A DNA stretch of 64,000 nt from contig CAWGXH010000003.1 in the NCBI GenBank assembly GCA_963826525.1, positions 384,001-448,000 of the forward strand. Direction: 5' to 3'. This DNA comes from an uncultured Methanomicrobiaceae archaeon. Its GTDB lineage: Archaea; Halobacteriota; Methanomicrobia; Methanomicrobiales; Methanoculleaceae. How positions within the stretch are numbered: the stretch's first letter is position 1; every line of letters starts with the position of its first letter. Shown here in pieces: positions 57,168 to 64,000 of the stretch. The notes below the pieces were generated by a model, which was not told the origin of the DNA, searched no databases, and saw only the letters and a program-made list of their open reading frames with translations. The translations under genes and the position numbers were made by a program.

Positions 57168-57791
57168 ATGGAGAAAATGAAAAATATTTCAGAATGGCTC
57201 TATTCCTACTGGCCTTGCGCCCTTCCGTTTCTGGCAGCGTATTCGCTCATGTTCATCTTTCTCTTTGTATATCCTCTCACGCTGCCGGTTTTTCTCATCT
57301 GGCTTTGCATTCCGGTCTATTTTATCCATGAGTTTGAGGAATACATATATCCCGGCGGTTTTGATGATTATACCAACCGTCTCTTGCAGAGACATTCGGG
57401 GCTCGATGACAACGAGTGCGTGCTGACGCCGAGAGCAGCCTACTGGATAAACGTAGGCATCATCTGGTTCTTGTTTCCCTCATCGGCAGTGCTCTCCACG
57501 CTCTATGATCCTGGTTTCGGGGTCTGGGTAGCCTGGCTGACCGTGGTAAACGGCGTTCTCCATATTTTCCGGGCAGTACAGTCTCGAGAGTATAACCCCG
57601 GCCTTGCAGCGAGCATCGTTTTAAATCTCCCGGTCGGTATCGCAGCAGTTATTGTGCTTGCAGGAGTAGTGCCCCTCTGGATCGTTCTTCTGTCACTGCT
57701 TTTCGCAGTGTTCCTGATGGCTGTCATGATCGTCTATTTTGTGGCAAGGATCAGGCATTTGGAGAAGATTGGCAATGGGGATCTGCCATGA
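57168..57791 (+). CDS. HXXEE domain membrane protein
   Basis: IHEFEEY..PGGF, NG.LH, YNPGL; several TM segments. Confidence 0.87.
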   Translation: MEKMKNISEWLYSYWPCALPFLAAYSLMFIFLFVYPLTLPVFLIWLCIPVYFIHEFEEYIYPGGFDDYTNRLLQRHSGLDDNECVLTPRAAYWINVGIIWFLFPSSAVLSTLYDPGFGVWVAWLTVVNGVLHIFRAVQSREYNPGLAASIVLNLPVGIAAVIVLAGVVPLWIVLLSLLFAVFLMAVMIVYFVARIRHLEKIGNGDLP

Positions 57792-58073
57792 TACCCGGAA
57801 TGAAGTCCTATTAACATATTTTCGGACCCGGAACAGATCATTCATTATCACATCACGGCCATTCACACGTTGACGCATGGGGTTTCCGGCCTCTTCTGAT
57901 TGCGGGTGTTGCATAAATATTGAAAACCGTTGCTGCTCCCTCAAATTGCCTATTCAAGACCTGTGAACCCAGATTGGGAGAACCCGTAAAGAACCTATAA
58001 CTATGCTTCTTTTGGACATTGAGATGCTATACTGCTGTTTTCACTACCCTCAGGTAGGTATTATGCAACACAG

Positions 58074-58140
58074 CAGCACTACACATAGTCTCATATCCTC
58101 AACCATCAATCCCGGGAAAGTATACGTAATTGTCATACAA
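58074..58140 (-). repeat. Fourth, vestigial hicB module (promoter region plus first codons)
   Basis: AGCACTACACATAGTCTCAT...ATCAATCCCGGGAAAGTATACGTAATTG matches 40528-40584, 43142-43199 and 50292-50350. Confidence 0.75.
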
Positions 58141-58187
58141 CGCGACGTCCCACAACGGTATTGATGCCGCTCGATGACCGCGACGCC

Positions 58188-58770
58188 TCACCTCCGGCGA
58201 AGGATCGCCCCCATCCCGAGCATGGCAACCACTCCTATAATCCCGAACCCGGGCGCCTCCCTCGCTCCCGCAGCAGCTGCCGCGGCCGTTGTCGCCGGCA
58301 CGACCTCGAGCTCGATCGTCGTGTTCGTCTGCTCTACGAGCGCCCCGGTCGTATTGTATCCACTCACGGAGAGCAGCCATGTCCCCGCCGGCATCGCTGT
58401 GGTGTCTGCAAATGCGTGCCCGAACTCATAATTGGCGTATCCCATAAACCCGCCGTCGAACTCCCGGACGAGGCAGCCGGAGAAGGTGAATGTTCCGAGC
58501 GTTCCGTTCTCGTACACGTAGGTGAGGATCTGATCGTCGGGGGTGAAGCGGTAGGCACTGCCGGCGCTCGTCAGCGTGGTTGCAATCGGCCGGGTCACCC
58601 CGTAGAACGTCAGATTCTCCCCCTGCGTGATCCGAACGCAGAGCGGCGTCGTATCGACGATCATTCGGCTATCGGCGGCGACCGGTACTGAAAGAGTTGT
58701 CCCGGACGGGTTCGCTTGTGATCTCGACGCGGGTGAACACGATCCGGGTTTCGTCGGGATACGGCACGAG
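58188..58770 (-). pseudogene. C-terminal part of a PGF-CTERM cell-surface protein
   Basis: APGFGIIGVVAMLGMGAILRRR sorting signal; N-terminus not identifiable. Confidence 0.65.
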
Positions 58771-58789
58771 ACTGCCGCTCACCGACACC

Positions 58790-59357
58790 GCTTCGCCGGT
58801 TGCCCGGTCAACCCACACCAGCGACGGCGGCACCTCCGTCGGCACTGCCCCCGATCAGGTATCCGCCGGAGGGGTCAGGCACGATCGTCCGGATCGCCGT
58901 CCAGCGAAGAAGCACCTTCTCCCACTGCACCGTGCCGTTCGCATCGAGGCAGAGAAATGTCCCGGAACTGCCGGTGACGGCAAGTCCGCCGACCGGTGCC
59001 GGAGCGGCACTGCCGACGGCCATATCCGGGATCGATAGTGTCCGTTTCCGACAAGCGAGCCGTTCGCATCAGCATCGCCAGAAAGGACGGGGTATACTGA
59101 AATTTCCGCCCACCGGTATCGTCTGCCCGGTGACGGCGTAGCTCGTTCGGCATCGGGGTTACCGACACGGAATCGTATCGCGCCCAAGGAGAGACGGGTC
59201 TGCCGCGCGACGGTTCCGTTCGGTCGAGTTTGATCACTGAGGCGTCGCGGGAGAATGCGTCCGGGAGATCGATCCCGGGCGAGGACGACCCGAAGAGGCA
59301 CCCGGAGACCAGGACGACTCCGACGAGCAGCCCGATGGCCGGCAAAGCGTATCGCAT
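58790..59357 (-). pseudogene. Lipoprotein with beta-propeller-like repeats, fragmented
   Basis: LVSGC lipobox; VIKLD..G, CLDANGTVQWE, GGYLIGG. Confidence 0.5.
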
Positions 59358-59399
59358 ATACGTCTGCTTTCTTCCGGCCATCGAATAACCTTCTCCTTT

Positions 59400-59736
59400 T
59401 TCTCTCGCCCGGAAGCAGCCGTCGGCGGATATGGCGCGGAGTGACCCAGGGTTCTTCTTCCACATCGGCGAAAAAATAAAGATGGATTTCGGTAACCGAT
59501 CCGTTTGCATCGAAGCTCATATCGAACATCGCAGGCCTCGCCGTTCGGTTGTCAAACGGGATCTCGCTCGCCATGACTTCCCGGATCTCAAGGATCGGGG
59601 GATTGTATTGCTCCGTCGGCAGGAGCGGCACGGTATCGTAATCGACGGTCTCGTAGCCGGGCGGGACGTAGAGGGCACGCCCGAACGCGAATGCCACCGC
59701 GATGATGACGCCGACCGCACACCGCCGGGTCTTCAT
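59400..59736 (-). pseudogene. Truncated membrane-anchored hypothetical protein
   Basis: N-terminal hydrophobic segment, coding-like up to ...FFADVEEEPW; ATG overlaps the upstream gene's stop. Confidence 0.4.
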
Positions 59737-61332
59737 GCGGCCGTGCTCCCGGCGATGAGATAACCTCCGCCTCCGGTGCCGATACCGCGAATCGTGTGCA
59801 GGTCGGTATCGAGCGCCCGCTCCTGCCGCCGGACCTCGATGCCCGCGATATCGCGGAGAACAAGCGTGATGCCCGCTTCATCGGTAACGACCGAGAGATA
59901 ACCGCCGGACGACGGGATCACGATCCCGCCGTCGTCCTCGACCGCATGGAACTCCGTCACGTCGCCTTTCTCGTCCAGGGTAAATGCGTAGCCCTGATGC
60001 GCCGATGCGACGCTGCCCCAGAGGTTTTTCGGGAATGTTGTCGATCGGTAGAGCACGCTGAACCGTCCCGGCGCCGTCTCCCGGGCACCCAGGAGTTCGT
60101 CTGTTCCTTCGCTCCCGAAATCCCGTTTCCAGAGGACGGTGCCGTTCCCGTCGAGAAGGATAGCCTGCAGGTACGTTTCGAAATGGTCTCCGACAAAGAC
60201 GTTTCTTCCCTCCGAGAAGACGAGCATGCCCCCTTTCGAGGTCGGGTAGATCGGATGATATCCGATACTGCCCGCGGCGTTGACGAGGGCTGCCAGAGCC
60301 GGATGCCGCCGTCGCTGTTGCAGGTAACCTGATCTTCCCGTGCCGCGACGTATCGATGGCCGGAAAGAGCGACCAGGGAGACGGATGTCATTCCCCGGCT
60401 CTCGTTGACAAGAGACCGTCTCAGCGCGTCTCTCCCCCGGCATCGGTGCGGATGATCTCGGGGGTCTCCGTTGCCATCAGAAACCCGTTGCCGGGCACTG
60501 GTATGAGCGCCGTCGGCCGGCCGTATCCTGTTTTGACAGCCGTTCGGCCACTGACGTTCCCGTGTTCATCGTATTCGAGGACGTGCACCGTGTTCTCCTC
60601 CTGACCGTATTCCGTGACCGCAAGAGCATAGCCGTCCCGGTATTCGGCCAGTGCGTCGGGCTGACGTAGGCATCGAGATAATCCGTGTCTCCCACTGGAT
60701 ATCGCCTGCAGCGGAGACCTTGAGGATCCGGACATCCGTCTGGACTGCGGGCGATCCGCCGGAGTAGGGTGCGGGGGGGATGACGCCTGCGGCGATTCCG
60801 GCCATCGCCAGGAGCGGCGGGACGGCGATGATCAGGGCGGCGACTGCCGCAACCGGGAGAAGGTTCTTATGGCCCCCCGTTTGCTCCCTCTCGAGGAAGA
60901 GGCGACCAGCCCTCCGACTGCGGCCACCAGCATCGCGCCGCCGACGAGCAGAAGAACCTGGAGCCACGTCATGAGGAGCGATTGAACGAGGTATACGGGG
61001 TTTTGTACGAACAGCAGGCTGCGGGCGACGATCATGGCAGTGAGACCGGTCAGGGCGGCAGCGAGTGTCCCGGTGCGCCGCAGAGGTGTATCGACGAAGT
61101 ACGCGGTGACGAATCCTGCGACGAAGAGAACCAGCAGGAAGGAGACAGATTCATGCGTGACCCCGATTCCCAGCAGACTCTGGTTGTAAGCGGACAGGCC
61201 GCTCCAACCGCGTGAGAGCGCCTCAACAACCCCGAGGAGGGTTATCCCTGCGAGGAGGCCGATACCTGCCGCAACACCGACGATGCGGGGGGCGGGCATC
61301 CCCCCGTTCGCCGTCTTCTCCATCCCCGCCAT
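59733..61332 (-). CDS. Multi-TM membrane protein with extracellular beta-propeller-like region (frameshifted)
   Basis: About 5 TM helices then repeats KVSAAGDIQW, EYDEHGNV, LLDGNGTVLWK, GGYLIAG. Confidence 0.55.
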
Positions 61333-61431
61333 AGCAGGAACTGGGACGCGAGATTATATACGGTTTCTGTGCCGATCGTCTCGCCGATCTGCTGCAGCCG
61401 GCCGGGAACGGCTGCGGCAAAAACGCAAAGG

Positions 61432-62780
61432 TCAAGGTATCCCGCTCTCGTCGTCGGGCTCCCTTCCACTGGCCGGCGAAGCAGGAGGCGGATCTCCCGG
61501 ACAACCCTCTCCCCTTCCGGGGTATCCTCGATGAGGTAAAGGACCGAACCTGTTAGCAGGATACCGATACCGAGCAGGATGATCGGCGGTGCGAGGGTAA
61601 AGAGCATCGCCACGCAGGATGCAGCGCCCAGCAGCGGGAAGAGTATCCCGAGCGGAATGGCAAAATAGCTCTTCTCCGGAGGAACCAGCGCCTCATGCCT
61701 CACCAGAATGAGGGCGCTTATGTTCACGAGCGCCATGGTGACGAGGATCGTAACGTTGGTGAGTTCTACGATGAAGGAGAGATTCCCGATCAGAATGAGG
61801 ATGAGCACAAGGCCGGCTCCGAGCAGGATGGAATTGATCGGCTGGTCGTTACGGATCCGGGCAAATCGTCCCGGGATCTGCTTTTCGCTCGCCATCTCCA
61901 GGATGATTCTGGAGGCTCCGATGATATTGGCATTCGCGGACGAGAGCGTCGAGAAGAGCGCTCCCAGCGCGACGATAATCCCGCCGATGGTTCCGAAGAG
62001 GACAACCGATGCGTCAAAAACACTCTCGCTCCCGTACGAGGGGAGCCGTGCCGCGAGCAGTGCAACGACGACCCCCGTATATATCAGTGCCACGATGCCG
62101 ATGGAAGCAAGAGTGGCACGTGGCACACTCTTCGAGGACTCCTTCACCTCTCCGCCCATCATGGCCACGACCTGAAACCCGATGTAGGCGAAAAAGACCA
62201 ACGTCACCCCCTGCAGCATCCCGCTTATACCTCCCGGGAAGAGCGGCTCGAAATCGGAGATGCGAATATGGACGAGCCCGACCAGTATCAGGGCAACGAG
62301 GATTGCCACTTTCGAGGCGACAAGGGCTACTTCGATCTTCCCCGCCTCCGCGATCCCCCTGAGGTTGAGCGCCGTGAGCAGCACAAGGGCGGCGATGGCG
62401 CCGTATCGCGGGTCGAAATTCGTTCCAATCAGCAAATTCGCATAGATCCCGAATCCGAGGAGAACGAAGGCAGTGGCGATGGTGACGCTGATATACATCG
62501 CCCACCCCGCAAGAAATCCCGGGTAGGATCCGAGGATACGCCGGGCGTAGAGGTAGCCGCCCCCATCCTCGGGATAAATGCTGGCGAGCGCTGCATAGGA
62601 GAGGCCCGAGAAGACAACGATGAGACCGCAGAGGAGGTAGGAGAACACCGCCGAGGGGCCGGCGATATGTACGATGAGGCCGCTCAGCACGAAAACCCCG
62701 GCGCCCACCATATTCCCTACCGCAAACGCGATAGCAGCGTAGATACTCAATCCTTTAGTCCTCGTTGCTCCGTTCTGCAT
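61432..62780 (-). CDS. APC-family amino acid permease (3' end approximate)
   Basis: GNMVGAGVFVL.G, AGP, GGGY.Y, FFAYIGF, E.K...K..PRA, SR....MA. Confidence 0.9.
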
Positions 62781-62880
62781 TGTATTCCCATTCCGGCAGA
62801 TCATACAAAAAAGTTACTGACCCCGCCCGTACCGGCATTCTGTCTTTTCGAACTAAATCGGGAAAGATAGAGTCGCTTGG

Positions 62881-64000
62881 TTAAGGGTTCTGCGAGAGTG
62901 CTGTTCCCCTCTGTTCGGCACGGGCGGCACCACCGCCGCCATGCCCCGCGGCCTCTGCGGCGGCAGTATGATGCGGCCTGACCGTGCCGACGTATCCTAT
63001 GTGAGCAAACGAAACGGCAACGTTCATGATCCCGATATGCGAAAGCGACTGTGGAAAATTACCCGCGTGAATCCCGGTCAGCGGTTCGAGTTCTTCGGCG
63101 TAGAGGCCGAGCGAACTCGCGCGTGCAAGGAGGCTCCGAAACATCTTGTGCGCTTCTTTCTCACGTCCGGCACGTATCAGCGCGTTGATGAGCCAGGTCG
63201 TGCAGGCGACGAAAGATGCCTCCTTCCCGGTCACGCCTTCGGGAGCGCCGACATAGCGATAGCAGAGGCCGTCGACGACGAGATGCTTGAGCGTGGCGTC
63301 TATCGTCGAGAGCATCCGCGGGTCGTTCCCCTCGATGAAATTGATGGTGGAGAGACGCAGGTTCGCGGCATCGAGGTGTTCATCTTCATACGACTGTTTG
63401 AATGCGCCCAATGCATCGCTCCACCCCTTTTCCAATACCTCCTCACGGATCAGGTCGCGTTCCCGGCGCCAACCGCCGACGTCACCCGGGAACTGCATAC
63501 CTTCCGCAATCTCGATCCCGCAGGTGAGGGCGAACCACAGCATGGCTTTGCTGTAGACGAAATGCCGCACGCCGCCCCGGACCTCCCAGAGCCCGCTATC
63601 CCGATCATGCCAGTGAACGGTCACCCAATCGAGCATCTCCCTCACCGTCTCCCAGATCGGTGTCGGATCGGTACTTCCCGATCCGCCAGGCGAAGTGAAT
63701 GGCCCCCATGACTTCTCCGTAGACGTCGAGCTGTTCCTGGACCGCTGCTCCGTTTCCGACTCTCACCGGCCGGGAGTCGCGATACCCCCTGAAATTGTCG
63801 AGTATCTCTTCGGTAGTTCTGCTCTCCGGGACGATGGGATACAGGATCGAGATACCCGTTCCTTTCAATGTGGCCGTACGCACAAGCCAGTCGAAGAACG
63901 GCTGTTCGTCGTCGAGGTAGCCGGCAAGGAGCAGTGCATACAGCGTGAACGATGCATCGCGAATCCAGGTGAAGCGGTAATCCCAGTTCCGCTCACCACC
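62881..64000 (-). CDS. Glycoside hydrolase family 15 (glucoamylase/trehalase-like); 5' part outside window; frameshift near 63650
   Basis: GGERNWDYRFTWIRDA, VRVGNGA..QEQLDVYGE, GLWEVRG, GLYAEE, GNFPQ.LSH. Confidence 0.92.

Overview
GC-rich archaeal DNA from a methanogen, most like Methanomicrobiales (Methanoculleus-like; inferred from gene content). Many genes, including essential cfb genes, carry isolated 1-nt indels that look like long-read consensus errors, so several CDS below are reconstructed across frameshifts. Bases 1-25 kb are mostly core genome: end of a group-4 membrane hydrogenase operon plus hycI, stress/repair genes (mutY, treT, uvsE), five leaderless fasciclin genes around a PAS protein, DUF447-citG-marker 9, a cfbA-E-D-B coenzyme F430 operon, ilvE and tRNA-Glu(TTC). 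About 25.1-58.1 kb is an accessory hotspot. It holds an AT-rich Schlafen/AlbA_2 plus Zn-ribbon-HEPN pair, a giant NHL/PKD/dockerin surface protein, and many TA/defence-type genes (MntA-HepT, MNT-HEPN, Fic, YhcG, DUF4062 and AlbA_2 RecG-like proteins). It also holds co-oriented dispersed repeats: three ~330-bp modules and four hicB(A) modules, suggesting stacked, decayed related elements. The most striking observation is that three diverged hicA toxin copies, missed by the ORF track, all break frame at the same codon, while differences downstream are enriched for synonymous changes. The window ends with fragmented surface/lipoprotein genes, an APC permease and a partial GH15 gene.
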